Assembly: GCA_016235455.1 (NCBI GenBank)
Contig: JACRKZ010000085.1
Coordinates: 1 to 64,000, forward strand
DNA length: 64,000 nt
Direction of reading: 5' to 3'
Source: Armatimonadota bacterium
GTDB taxonomy: Bacteria; Armatimonadota; UBA10988
Below are positions 8,312-18,481 of the stretch, in pieces. Below the pieces are notes generated by a model that worked only from the letters and a program-made list of their open reading frames with translations, had not been told where the DNA came from and did not search any database. A program made the translations under genes and the position numbers. Numbering within the stretch: position 1 is the stretch's first letter; the number at the start of each line of letters is the position of its first letter.

Positions 8312-10057
8312 ATGGGTGAGCTAGGCCGGCCGAACGTGATCCTGCTGCTGACCGACGACCAGGGGCCCGGCGACCTGGGATGCGCGGGCAACCCGGTGCT
8401 GCGCACGCCGCATCTGGACCGCCTGCACGGTGAGTCGGTGCGGCTGACCGACTACCATGTCGGCCCGACCTGCGCCCCAACCCGGGCCGGGCTGATGACC
8501 GGGCACTGGGCCAACTCGACTGGCGTCTGGCACACCATCGGCGGCCGCTCGCTGCTGCGCCGTGGCGAATGGACCCTGGCCCAGGCGTTGGGCGAGGCCG
8601 GCTACGCCACAGGCATCTTCGGCAAGTGGCATCTGGGCGACACGTATCCCTATCGGCCCGGCGATCGCGGTTTCGCCACCAGCGTGGTGCATGGCGGCGG
8701 CGGCATCAGCCAGACGCCCGACCACTGGGGCAACGACTACTTCGACGACACCTACCAGGTCGACGGCCAGCCGCAAGCCTTCTCGGGCTACTGCACAGAC
8801 GTCTTCTTCGACTGCGCGATGGGCTTTGTCGAGGCGCACCGCGACCAGCCGTTCTTCTGCTATCTACCCACCAACGCGCCACATGGGCCGTTCAATGTCG
8901 AGCCGGCCTACCGCGAGCCGTACGACGGCCTGGTGCCCGACGAGCGCGCGCGGTTCTACGGCATGGTCACCTGCATCGACGCCAACCTGGGCCGGCTGCG
9001 CGCGCGGCTCGACGCGCTGGGCCTGGCCGAGAACACGATTCTGATGTTCATGACGGACAACGGCACGGCCGGCGGTTGTCAGCTCGATCACGACGGATTC
9101 GTCACCGACGGCTACAATGCCGGGCTGCGCGGCGTCAAGGGCTGGCCGTATGACGGCGGCCACCGCACGCCCTGCTGGTGGCACTGGCCGGCGGGCGGAC
9201 TGACCGACGGACGCGATGTCGACCAGGTCACGGCCAACGTCGACATCATGCCCACGCTGCTGGACCTGTGCGGCGCCGCGGCGCCCGCCGAGCACGCCTT
9301 CCACGGTGTCAGCCTGGCCCCGCTCTTGCGCCGCGAGCGGGTCGACTGGCCCGACCGAGCCGTGGTCACCGACTCGCAGCGGCTGACCGAGCCGGTCAAG
9401 TGGCGACAGAGCGCGGTCTGCACCGAGAGCTGGCGGTTGGTCAACGGCGTGGAACTGTACGACGCCCGCGCCGACCGCGGCCAACGGTGCGACGTGGCCG
9501 CGGCCCGCCCCGACGTGGTCGCGGCCTTGCGGGGCGAATACGAGCGCTGGTGGGAGCTGGTCTCGGGACAGTTCGCCGAGGAGGTGCCGACCGTGCTCGG
9601 CCCGACGCCCGAGGTCACGCTGACCTGCCACGACTGGCGCAACGAGCAGTGCGACTGCCCGTGGAACCAGAGCCACATCCGCGCCGGCCAGCGCAGCGAA
9701 GGCTACTGGGAGGTGGACGTCGCCCAGGCCGGCGACTACACCGTCGAGCTGCGCCGCTGGCCCGCCGAGGCCGGGCACGCCCTGCGCGCGGGCCTTGACG
9801 GCGACGACGTGACCTGGCGCCGCGACGCAGTGTCCGAGCGCGACTGGGGCCACTACACCGGCGGCACGGCACTGGCCATCAGCCGGGCGCGCTTCGAGCT
9901 GGGCGAGGTGGCGGCGCAGACCGAGGTCGGCGGGCATGACCCGGCGGCGGTCATGCGCGTGACCTTGCCGGCCGGGCCGGGGCATCTGCAGGCCTGGTTC
10001 GAGGGCGACGATGGGTTGCGGCTGGGCGCCTACTACGTCGTGGTGCGGAAGGCCTGA
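8312..10057 (+). CDS. Arylsulfatase (Cys-type, formylglycine-dependent)
   Basis: RPNVILLLTDDQG, CAPTRAGLMTG, GKWHLG, TDNG; no clear signal peptide. Confidence 0.9.
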   Translation: MGELGRPNVILLLTDDQGPGDLGCAGNPVLRTPHLDRLHGESVRLTDYHVGPTCAPTRAGLMTGHWANSTGVWHTIGGRSLLRRGEWTLAQALGEAGYATGIFGKWHLGDTYPYRPGDRGFATSVVHGGGGISQTPDHWGNDYFDDTYQVDGQPQAFSGYCTDVFFDCAMGFVEAHRDQPFFCYLPTNAPHGPFNVEPAYREPYDGLVPDERARFYGMVTCIDANLGRLRARLDALGLAENTILMFMTDNGTAGGCQLDHDGFVTDGYNAGLRGVKGWPYDGGHRTPCWWHWPAGGLTDGRDVDQVTANVDIMPTLLDLCGAAAPAEHAFHGVSLAPLLRRERVDWPDRAVVTDSQRLTEPVKWRQSAVCTESWRLVNGVELYDARADRGQRCDVAAARPDVVAALRGEYERWWELVSGQFAEEVPTVLGPTPEVTLTCHDWRNEQCDCPWNQSHIRAGQRSEGYWEVDVAQAGDYTVELRRWPAEAGHALRAGLDGDDVTWRRDAVSERDWGHYTGGTALAISRARFELGEVAAQTEVGGHDPAAVMRVTLPAGPGHLQAWFEGDDGLRLGAYYVVVRKA

Positions 10058-10072
10058 GGCCGGCCGCGTGGG

Positions 10073-11350
10073 TCAGTCGAGCACGACCAGGTAGGTGTCG
10101 CTCGGCTCGAGCACCAGCTCGCAGCGCGCAGCGTTGTGCAGGGCGGCGATGGGGGTCAGGCCATCTTGGACGTCATACACCGTCGCGTTGGCGAAGGCGC
10201 GCGAGAACTCGACGGTGACCGGCACCTCGTGGGCCGTGTCATTCATCAACTGCTCCGACCAGAGGGCCACCACGAACTCGCCGGTCGGCTTGGCCAGGAG
10301 CAGGTGGCTGACTTCCTTGCCCGCCACGGCGATGGGCAGCACGCCCGGCGTGAAGGTGGGCTTGGCGCCGGGGCCGTAGCAACCGCTTTTGCTGGCCAGC
10401 AGCGTGGTCAGCGTGTGGAAGAACCGCGCCGACGGGTGCGCGATGCCGCCGGGGAAGGTGTAGAAGCCGTAGGTTGCCTCGGGCTTGCTGTCTTGCAGGC
10501 CGTAGACCAGATAGCCCACATCGCCCGCCGCGGCGCTGTCCAGGGCGCCCATGACCAGATACTGCCCGTAGACCCGCGGGCTGAGCCGGGCGCTGTAGTA
10601 GCCGCCGACCTCGGTGTGCGCCACGGGCTTGCCCAGCGTGCACAGGCGCGCGTTGGCACGCATCATGTTGATGATGCTCGCCGGCCGCTGCGCCGGATCC
10701 GACAGGTACGTGTGAGCAGCGGCGAAATCGGCCGGACCGGGGGTGTAGTTCTGTTTGCTGCCGGTGTTGGTCGGGTTGTAGTTGCCCTGCCAGCCGTTGG
10801 CGGCGGTCCAGCCGGCGCCGAACTCCATCTGGCTGACCAGCAGGCCGAGTGGGTGCGCCCAGTCGTAGAGCTGCCGCTGCACCAGCGCAGCGTCGGGCAG
10901 CGTGGCGCCGAGCTTCTGAGCGTACTCGTCATCCTCTTCGTTGGGCCCGCCGACGGCGTACAGCAGGCCCGGCAGGTCGCGCGCCAGCGCCTGCGTCAGG
11001 GCCAGGCTGTCGCGCTGGTCCTTGGTGCTGCCCTCGGCGATGGACGTCCAGAACCGACCGTCAAGCCGCCAGGCGGCGTGCAGCGCGCGTACGCGCTCCA
11101 GGTCGCGCGGGCTGACCATCCAGTCTCGCACCAGCCGCACCCCCAGATAGCGCAGTTGCTCGCCGATCTGTGTGGTGTCGGTGTTCCAAGGGTCGTCGCG
11201 GGTCAGGCCACCCAGGTGGGTGTTGACGCCCAGCGTGTTCAGGAACGCCTCGCTGGACATGGCCGGTTCGGCGGCCAACCTCGCCATCACACACAGTCCA
11301 ACCGTCGCCCCCAGCAGCCAATGTCGCCTCACGTCGCGTGCTCCCGGCAT
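10073..11350 (-). CDS. Secreted clan GH-A-like glycoside hydrolase, family uncertain
   Basis: Hydrophobic N-terminus; LGVNTHL, GPNEED (acid/base-like), HTEVG (nucleophile-like); start uncertain. Confidence 0.55.
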   Translation of the reverse strand: MPGARDVRRHWLLGATVGLCVMARLAAEPAMSSEAFLNTLGVNTHLGGLTRDDPWNTDTTQIGEQLRYLGVRLVRDWMVSPRDLERVRALHAAWRLDGRFWTSIAEGSTKDQRDSLALTQALARDLPGLLYAVGGPNEEDDEYAQKLGATLPDAALVQRQLYDWAHPLGLLVSQMEFGAGWTAANGWQGNYNPTNTGSKQNYTPGPADFAAAHTYLSDPAQRPASIINMMRANARLCTLGKPVAHTEVGGYYSARLSPRVYGQYLVMGALDSAAAGDVGYLVYGLQDSKPEATYGFYTFPGGIAHPSARFFHTLTTLLASKSGCYGPGAKPTFTPGVLPIAVAGKEVSHLLLAKPTGEFVVALWSEQLMNDTAHEVPVTVEFSRAFANATVYDVQDGLTPIAALHNAARCELVLEPSDTYLVVLD

Positions 11351-11420
11351 CGATAGACGCCGCGATGGGCCGAAAGGTCCCCCGCCGCGGGGGTCGAACA
11401 GACCGCTCGGAGACCTGACC

Positions 11421-13961
11421 ATGTCCTGGTTGGCCGCACCGCTGCTCCTGGGAGGACTGCTCATGGCCGAAAGCGCGCCACCGCCGCCGCAAGCGCCGTA
11501 CCTGAACACGTGGCTCATCTCGGCGCCGTTTGCCACCACCGCCGTGGCCACGCGCGAGGCGCTGGCGGAGGCCGACTGGACCCCGCGGCCCGGCGAGCGC
11601 TGGAGTTGGTTCGATGATCGCCTCTTCTCCCGCAACTACGACAACTACCAGGACCTGTTCAGCTACCTGCGCTATCACCAGGCCCAGACCGCGGCCGGCC
11701 AGGCCGTCTATGCGCATGTCTACCTGCATGTGCCGGCCGGCGTCGCCGCCGAACTGCGGCTGGGCGTGGACCGCGACGTGCGAGTCTGGCTCAACCAGCA
11801 GCCCGTGCCGACCGGCGAGCAGAAGGGCTACCTGCGCGACAGCATCCGCGTGCCGGTGACGCTGTCCGCCGGCTGGAACCGGCTCATGCTGCGCATCAGC
11901 AACGCCGCCGCAGGCCGGCTGGGGTTCTATGCGCGCGTCTGCGGAGCCGATGGCGTCGTCGTGCCCGGCCTGACCGCCTCGCCCCTCGGCCCGCTGGCCA
12001 AGCTCCAGGTGGCCACGCAAGGCATGGGCGATGTCAGCTTGCAGCCGCTGCCCACGGCCTGGCGCGAGTGGCCCTATGTCGCCGCCGACGCCGTGCGCGA
12101 TGCCCGCCTGGAGATGGGGGCCTTCGTCCGGCACAAGCCGCAACTGGCCATGAACGCCTCACCGTTTCAGCTCACCGCCGGTGGTGGCACGCCGCCGTAC
12201 ACCTGGGCCGTGGCCGAGGGCAAACTGCCCGACGGACTCACGCTGGCGCCCGACGGCACGATCCTGGGCACGGTCTCGGCCAAGGCCGAACTGGGGCAGC
12301 GCGATGTGACCGTGGCGGTGACCGACGGCGCCGGCGCGACGGCCAAGGCGCCACTCTGGCTGACCGTGGCCGAGCGGCCCAACAAGTGGTACGAGGACAT
12401 GCGCCTCGTGGCGCTGATCCACAATCCCGAGAGCCTGCTGCAGGGCGCCGACGAGAAGACGGCGCTACCCGAGTTCGCCAAGCTGATGCGCCGCCAGGGC
12501 TATGGCCTGGGCATGATGATCAGCTACAACAACGGCGAGCACAAGTACCGCTTCCCCAACCAGTTCGACGCCAACGCGCCGGACCTGGCCGCCAAGTACA
12601 GCGCCGCGCTGCGCGCCGAAGGCATGCGCTTCGGCATGTACATGGGCAACCTGAACGGCGACAACCACGGCGGCCAGCAGGGCGCCATGCTCATGGTCGA
12701 GGAGGCCATGAAGCGCTACGACCCGGCCGCGTTGTGGTTTGACTGGGCCAGCGCCGATCCCGATGGCTACGAGCAACTCGACGCGCTGTACTCGATGATC
12801 CGTTCGCTCAACCCGGACACGCTCATCGTGCTCAACGGCATCACCACCAGCTATCACGGCGATTGGGACGTCGTCTGTCTCGAGGGCTGGGGTGCCTGGG
12901 GCGACAAGATGTGGGGCCTGTGGCCGTTCGACATCGACTGGCCCAAGAAGCCCGTGCTGGAGAGCTGGCGGATGCTGGCCGACCCCGGCTTCGACTTCAG
13001 CCGGGGCGTCTCGCCCGACCCGCGCGAGTACCTGCGCGTGCAACTCAGCCTGATCCTGGAGGGCTATGTGGCCAACATCGACCACAGCCCGACCATCCGC
13101 ACGGCCTGGAAGAAGCTCTCCGACTCGCCCGTGGCGCGGGCCCACGAAGAGATGGCCAAGTGGGCCAATCCGCCTGGCCTGCCCAGCCTGACCACGGCCT
13201 ACACCCTGGTCAAACCCGCTCCGGTGAGTGTCGGCCGCTGGGGCTATGCGGCCCAGAGCCTCGATGGCCGTACGCTGTACCTGCACATCATGACCAACGC
13301 GCGCGGCAAGACCGGGCTGCCCAAGGATGGGCGCATCAGCCTGAGCGGCGTGTCGCCCAAGGTCACTGCCGCGAGCTGCCTCAATGTGGGCCGGGCGGTG
13401 CGCTTCTTCCAGCAGAAGGACGAACTGACGCTGAACCTGGCCGACATCACGCCCGACGCCGTCGACACCATCGTGCGCGTCAGCCTGGCCGCGCCGCTGC
13501 CCGACCGGCCGCGCCCGGCCGAGCGCGTCGAACCCGTGCCGGCGGGCAATCTGGCCACCGGCAAGCCGGCACGCCTGCTGAGCACCGACGGCCAGCGCGA
13601 GCTGGTGCCCAGCGCGTTCTCGTTCGCGCGGTTCGGCGTCGACGGCCTGCCGTCGACCGTGGCGCAAGGTGCCTACGAGTGGGCTTGGGCCTTCGAGGTC
13701 GACCTGACGCGAGCGGAGCCGGTCAAGCGCGTGGTGGTGCACTTCCCCGCGGGCGGCTGGGCCACGGAGTACGAGGTGCTGCTCTCGGCCGACGGCACCA
13801 CCTGGCGCAGCGTGGCCCACCTCAAGGACGCCGTCTCGGGCCGGCATGAGCATGCCGCCGACGGCACGCCCGCGCGCTTCGTGCGCATCAAAGCCATCAA
13901 GCCCGACGGGCCAGGCCAGCCCGGCAGTCAGATGGCCATCAGCGAACTGGAGGTGTACTGA
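11421..13961 (+). CDS. Secreted alpha-L-fucosidase-like (GH29-like) protein with a putative Ig domain and C-terminal F5/8-type C domain
   Basis: ATG 11421 with GGAG RBS; GGTPPYTW...GKLPDGLTL (Ig-like); GMRFGMY, ALWFDW (GH29-like nucleophile context); C-terminal VDL...ARFVRI...ISELEVY. Confidence 0.65.
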   Translation: MSWLAAPLLLGGLLMAESAPPPPQAPYLNTWLISAPFATTAVATREALAEADWTPRPGERWSWFDDRLFSRNYDNYQDLFSYLRYHQAQTAAGQAVYAHVYLHVPAGVAAELRLGVDRDVRVWLNQQPVPTGEQKGYLRDSIRVPVTLSAGWNRLMLRISNAAAGRLGFYARVCGADGVVVPGLTASPLGPLAKLQVATQGMGDVSLQPLPTAWREWPYVAADAVRDARLEMGAFVRHKPQLAMNASPFQLTAGGGTPPYTWAVAEGKLPDGLTLAPDGTILGTVSAKAELGQRDVTVAVTDGAGATAKAPLWLTVAERPNKWYEDMRLVALIHNPESLLQGADEKTALPEFAKLMRRQGYGLGMMISYNNGEHKYRFPNQFDANAPDLAAKYSAALRAEGMRFGMYMGNLNGDNHGGQQGAMLMVEEAMKRYDPAALWFDWASADPDGYEQLDALYSMIRSLNPDTLIVLNGITTSYHGDWDVVCLEGWGAWGDKMWGLWPFDIDWPKKPVLESWRMLADPGFDFSRGVSPDPREYLRVQLSLILEGYVANIDHSPTIRTAWKKLSDSPVARAHEEMAKWANPPGLPSLTTAYTLVKPAPVSVGRWGYAAQSLDGRTLYLHIMTNARGKTGLPKDGRISLSGVSPKVTAASCLNVGRAVRFFQQKDELTLNLADITPDAVDTIVRVSLAAPLPDRPRPAERVEPVPAGNLATGKPARLLSTDGQRELVPSAFSFARFGVDGLPSTVAQGAYEWAWAFEVDLTRAEPVKRVVVHFPAGGWATEYEVLLSADGTTWRSVAHLKDAVSGRHEHAADGTPARFVRIKAIKPDGPGQPGSQMAISELEVY

Positions 13962-16456
13962 TGCATCGCTGGCTCCTCTCGCTCCTGGCCGCCGGCCTCG
14001 CCAGCGCGGCGACGCTGACCGTGCCCGCCGGCGGTGACCTGCTGGGCACGGTGGCCAAGGCCCGCGATCTGCCGCGCCCGGTGACCATCGAGCTCGGCGA
14101 CGGCACGCACTATCTGCCGGCCACGCTGCGCCTGGGACCGCGCGACAGCGGCCTGAAGTTCGTCGCCGCGCGCGGGGCCAAACCGGTGCTCTCGGGCGGC
14201 CGGCCGGTCACCGGCTGGCAGGTGCGTGACGGCATCTGGGAGGTGACCTTGCCAGAGGTCGCCGCGGGCGCCTGGCGCCCGCGCCAGCTGTTTGTCGGCG
14301 GCCAGCGTGCCACGGTGTGCCGCGCGCCCAACACCGGCTTCTATCGCGTCGGCGGCTACGACAACGAACTGCCCAAGCGCGCCTTCACCTACAACGCGGG
14401 CGAACTGGCCGCCTGGCCGGACCTGGCCTCGGCCACGCTGGTCGTGCTGCACTCTTGGGAGACGTCGGTCATGCCCATCGCCTCGGTCGATCCGGCCAGG
14501 CGACGGGTGGTGCTCGGCGGCGACAGCGTGTGGAACTTCGGTTACTGGGGCACGCCGCAGCGCTGGTACGTCGAGGGCGTCGCGGCGGCGTTCGACGCGC
14601 CGGGCGAGTGGCACCTGGACGCCCGCACGGGGCTGCTGCGCTATCGGCCGCTGCCGGGCCAGACGCCGGCCAACACACCGGTGGTCGCGGGCCACCTGGT
14701 GGATGTGGTGCGGGTCAATGGTGACCCGCGCGTCGGCCTGCCGGTCACCGACGTCAGCTTCTCGGGCCTCACCTTCGCTCACGGCGACTGGGCACTGGAG
14801 CCTGCCGGCCACAGCGATCCGCAGGCGGTGTGCAGCGCCGATGGCAACGTGTCGTTGCGGGGCGCGGTCGGCTGTTCGTTCGCCGATTGCCGCTTCGCCC
14901 ACATGGGCAGCTACGCGCTGGCGCTGCGCGGCGGCAGCCGCGACTGCCGCGTGGAGCGCTGCGAGTTCGTGGACGTCGGGGCGGGCGCGGTGCGGCTCGG
15001 CGAGACGTTCGTCGCCAAGGAGCCTGAGCAGCGCTGCGAGGGCCATGTGGTCGACAACTGCTGGGTGCACGACTACGGCCAGGTCTATGCCGGTGGCGTG
15101 GGCATCTGGCTGGCCATGGCCGGCGACTGCCGCATCTCGCACAACGATATCCACGACGGATGGTATACCGGCATCTCGGTCGGCTGGGATTGGGGCCGCG
15201 CGCCGACGACCAGCCACGGCGACCAGATCTTGGACAACCATATCCACCACATCGTCAAGGGCCGCCTGAGCGACGCGGGCGGCATCTACACACTCGGCGA
15301 GCTCGACGGCGGCCGCTTGGCGGGCAACGTCATCCACGATGTGCTGGCCTACACCGAGCCCGACTACTCGTGGGGCATCTACCTGGACTCCGAGTCGCAC
15401 GGGCTGACCGTCGAGGACAACCGCGTCTGGGCCATCGAAGACGGCCTGATGCTGCACAACGGCGCTTACAACAACGTCATCCGCCGCAATGTCTTCGCCC
15501 AGGCCGCCGACTACCTGATCTGGCGCTCGCCGTCGGGCATTCCCATGCCCAACACGTTCACCGACAACATCGGCCTGGTCACCCAAGGCAGCCTGTTCCT
15601 GCCCGACGGCACGCCGGACACGGTGTCCACCTGGGACCGCAACACCTACTGGCGCGCTGACGGTCGCGAGCTGTTGTTCATGGATGACTCGTTCGCCGAG
15701 TGGCAGGCGCGTGGCGTGGACAAGGCTTCGCGCGTGGCCGACCCCAAGCTCCGGCTGCCGCTGCCCATCGGCCAGGCCGGCCTGTATGGCGACCCGGCCT
15801 GGGTCGCCAAGCCGCGCGCGGTCGCGTTCGCTCCGACGGTCATGCCGACGACCAAGGTGACCGACGGGCCGCAGCCGGTGATCGAGGACTTCGAATCCAC
15901 CGCGGTCGGCCAGGCGCCGCCCCGGCTGGTGGTCTCACTGGGCAAAGAGCCCGGCGGCAGCGTCCAGGTCAGCGACCAGCAGCCCGCCGTGGGCCGGCAT
16001 TGCCTGCGCTTTGCCGATGCCAAGGCCCTCGAGCACACCTGGGAGCCGCACGCCTTCTGGCAGCCGCGGCTGCGCAAGGGAACGGCCAGGCTGACCTTCC
16101 ACTGGTGGGTCGGGCCGGGCTCCGAGCCCTGGACCGAATGGCGTAGCGCCGGCCAGCCTTTCAAGACCGGCCCAAGCATCCGCATCGGCGCGGACCGCCA
16201 ACTGGTGGCCAATGGCAAGGCGCTGGTCAAGGTGCCAGAGCAGACCTGGCTCAAGCTGACCATCACCTGCCCGCTGGGCAAGGCCGCACACGGCCACTAC
16301 GGCCTGACGCTGGCCGTCGGCGAGGCGGCGGCGACCGACCTGGGCGAGCAGACTTGCGACCCGGCCTTCGACAACCTGGGCTGGCTCGGCTTCGTGGCGC
16401 TGGCGGACGCGACGGGCGAGTTCAGGATCGATGATGTGCGCCTGACGATTGAGTAG
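13961..16456 (+). CDS. Right-handed beta-helix protein (GH141-like) with a C-terminal beta-sandwich domain
   Basis: PVLSGGRPVTGW, FDAPGEWHLD, ISHNDIHD..YTGISVGW, DAGGIYTLG, GIYLD; TGATG overlap with the upstream stop. Confidence 0.75.
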   Translation: MHRWLLSLLAAGLASAATLTVPAGGDLLGTVAKARDLPRPVTIELGDGTHYLPATLRLGPRDSGLKFVAARGAKPVLSGGRPVTGWQVRDGIWEVTLPEVAAGAWRPRQLFVGGQRATVCRAPNTGFYRVGGYDNELPKRAFTYNAGELAAWPDLASATLVVLHSWETSVMPIASVDPARRRVVLGGDSVWNFGYWGTPQRWYVEGVAAAFDAPGEWHLDARTGLLRYRPLPGQTPANTPVVAGHLVDVVRVNGDPRVGLPVTDVSFSGLTFAHGDWALEPAGHSDPQAVCSADGNVSLRGAVGCSFADCRFAHMGSYALALRGGSRDCRVERCEFVDVGAGAVRLGETFVAKEPEQRCEGHVVDNCWVHDYGQVYAGGVGIWLAMAGDCRISHNDIHDGWYTGISVGWDWGRAPTTSHGDQILDNHIHHIVKGRLSDAGGIYTLGELDGGRLAGNVIHDVLAYTEPDYSWGIYLDSESHGLTVEDNRVWAIEDGLMLHNGAYNNVIRRNVFAQAADYLIWRSPSGIPMPNTFTDNIGLVTQGSLFLPDGTPDTVSTWDRNTYWRADGRELLFMDDSFAEWQARGVDKASRVADPKLRLPLPIGQAGLYGDPAWVAKPRAVAFAPTVMPTTKVTDGPQPVIEDFESTAVGQAPPRLVVSLGKEPGGSVQVSDQQPAVGRHCLRFADAKALEHTWEPHAFWQPRLRKGTARLTFHWWVGPGSEPWTEWRSAGQPFKTGPSIRIGADRQLVANGKALVKVPEQTWLKLTITCPLGKAAHGHYGLTLAVGEAAATDLGEQTCDPAFDNLGWLGFVALADATGEFRIDDVRLTIE

Positions 16457-16517
16457 GATCGGCTTCACGCCTGGCGAATGAGCCGGGCCACGGATAGGTG
16501 ATGAGGGGAGTTAGCCC

Positions 16518-17630
16518 ATGATCGCTGTGATGATTGCGCCGCGCCGCTATGTGCAGGGACGCGGCGTCCTGGCGGATGCGGGGACGTACCTGAAGGCCAT
16601 CGGTCACAAGCCGCTGGTGCTGTGGGATGCCGGTGTCAAAGGCATTGTCGGCGAGCGCGTGCTGGCCAGCCTGACGGCGGCGGGGCTGGAGGTGGTCGAT
16701 GTGGCCTTTGGCGGCGACTCCACCCATGCCGAGGTGGACCGCGTGGCGGCCATCGCCCGCGAGTCCGGCGCCGATGTGGCCGTGGGTGTTGGTGGTGGCA
16801 AGACGCTCGACACGGCCAAGGCAGCCGCGGCGGCTACCGGCATCGCCATGGTCACCGTGCCGACCATCGCCAGCAACGACTCGCCGACCAGTTCGTACAC
16901 GGTGTGGTACGACGAGCAGGGCAACTGCCTGGGCTTCGAGAGCTGGGGCCGCAACCCGGATCTCGTGCTGGTGGACAGCGAAGTCATTGCCAACGCGCCG
17001 GTCCGCTCGTTCGTGGCCGGCATGGGCGATGCCCTGGCCACCTGGGTGGAGGCCGAGGCGGCCTACAAGACGCGCGCGGGCAACCTGGCCGGCGGCGGCA
17101 GCACCCAGGCGGCGCTGACGCTGGCGCGGCTAGGCTACGACATCCTGCTCGAGCACGGTCTCAACGCCAAGCGAGCGGTCGAGAAGAAGGTCGTCACGCC
17201 GGCGGTGGAGCGCTGCATCGAGGCCAACGTGTTGCTGTCCGGACTGGGGTTCGAGAGCAGCGGCGTGTGCACCGCGCACATGATCGCCAACTGCCTGCCC
17301 AGCTTCCCCGAGTGCCACGGCCTGATGCACGGCGAGGAGGTCGGCTTCGGCATCATCAGCCAGCTCTGCCTGGACGAGGATGTCAGCGTGGCCGAGATGA
17401 ACCGCATCGTCGACTTCGAGATCGCCGTCGGCCTGCCGGTGACGTTCGCCGACATCCGCCTGGCCGGCGTGAGCCGCGACCGGCTGAAGGTCATCGGCGA
17501 CATCTGCGCCGGCGCCGGCTCGCTGTGTGACAACCACCCGTTCGCTGTCTCCTCGGACAGCATTGTTGACGCCATGATCGCCGCCGATGCCCTGGGCACG
17601 GAGCGCAAGAAACTAGCTGGTAAGGAGTAA
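16518..17630 (+). CDS. gldA: Glycerol dehydrogenase (iron-containing ADH superfamily)
   Basis: PRRYVQGRG, GVGGGKTLDTAK, PTIASNDSPTS, AGMGDALATW, LSGLGFES, AH, HGEEV. Confidence 0.85.
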   Translation: MIAVMIAPRRYVQGRGVLADAGTYLKAIGHKPLVLWDAGVKGIVGERVLASLTAAGLEVVDVAFGGDSTHAEVDRVAAIARESGADVAVGVGGGKTLDTAKAAAAATGIAMVTVPTIASNDSPTSSYTVWYDEQGNCLGFESWGRNPDLVLVDSEVIANAPVRSFVAGMGDALATWVEAEAAYKTRAGNLAGGGSTQAALTLARLGYDILLEHGLNAKRAVEKKVVTPAVERCIEANVLLSGLGFESSGVCTAHMIANCLPSFPECHGLMHGEEVGFGIISQLCLDEDVSVAEMNRIVDFEIAVGLPVTFADIRLAGVSRDRLKVIGDICAGAGSLCDNHPFAVSSDSIVDAMIAADALGTERKKLAGKE

Positions 17631-17633
17631 CCC

Positions 17634-17954
17634 ATGCGGAAGTTCGCACACATCGGTCTGCTCACCACCGAGCCCAAGCCGGGCGAGATGTGGTTCGACT
17701 CGCTCAAGGTCTGGGGTACCGATCCGTCCGGCGACCCGAACCTGATCGAGTGGGTCCGCTTCACCCCCGAGAGCCCCTTGTTCGACACGCCGGTGTCCAA
17801 AGGCCCGCACGTCTCCTACCAGGTGGACGACCTCGATGCCGAACTGGTCGGCAAGGACGTCAAGGTGCCGCCGGTGCAGGCCGCGCCGGGCATCCGCATC
17901 GCCTACTTCGAGGAAGATGGCGCGCTGATCGAGTACATGGAGGTCAAAGCTTAG
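17634..17954 (+). CDS. VOC/glyoxalase-fold protein
   Basis: FAHIG, PHVSYQVDDLD, IAYFEEDGALIEYME; AAGGAG RBS. Confidence 0.7.
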   Translation: MRKFAHIGLLTTEPKPGEMWFDSLKVWGTDPSGDPNLIEWVRFTPESPLFDTPVSKGPHVSYQVDDLDAELVGKDVKVPPVQAAPGIRIAYFEEDGALIEYMEVKA

Positions 17955-17962
17955 GCGCGGCC

Positions 17963-18481
17963 ATGGTCGACGACAGCCAGCCGCATCGGCGCCGGTCGGT
18001 GCGGCTGGTGGGTTATCGCTACGCCAGGCCGGGCACCTGCTCTGTGACGGTCTGCACCGCCGGCTGGCGCTGCATCCTGGCGCGGTTGGACGATGGCTAC
18101 CTGGACCTCACGCCCACCGGCCGCATCGTCGCGGAGGAGTGGTTGCGCGCGCCCGTGCTGCGGCCCGAGGTAGAGCTCGACGCCTTCGTAGTGATGCCCA
18201 ACCACCGCCATGCGGTCTTGGTCATCGGAGAGACCGCCAGCGAGCGAGGCCGGGTGGGCGAGTTCCACCGCCCTGCGCGGTCGTTGGGCGCGGTGCTGGC
18301 CGGTTTCAAGTCGACAACGACCAGCCGCGTACGCCGCCTGCCCGGCTGGTCAGGCCGGGCGGTCTGGCAGCGCGGCTACCACGAGCACATCGTGCGCAGT
18401 GAGGGCGCGCTGGCCAACATCCGCGCCTGTGTTGCTGACAACCCAGCCAGCTGGCGGATGGACCGGCACAACCAACGGTAG
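17963..18481 (+). mobile_element. REP-associated tyrosine transposase (RAYT, IS200-like Y1 HUH), apparently degenerate
   Basis: HRRRSVRLVGY, VTVCT, DAFVVMPNHRH, FKS, VWQRGYHEHIVR, and IRACVADNP where IRxYIxxNP is expected. Confidence 0.85.
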
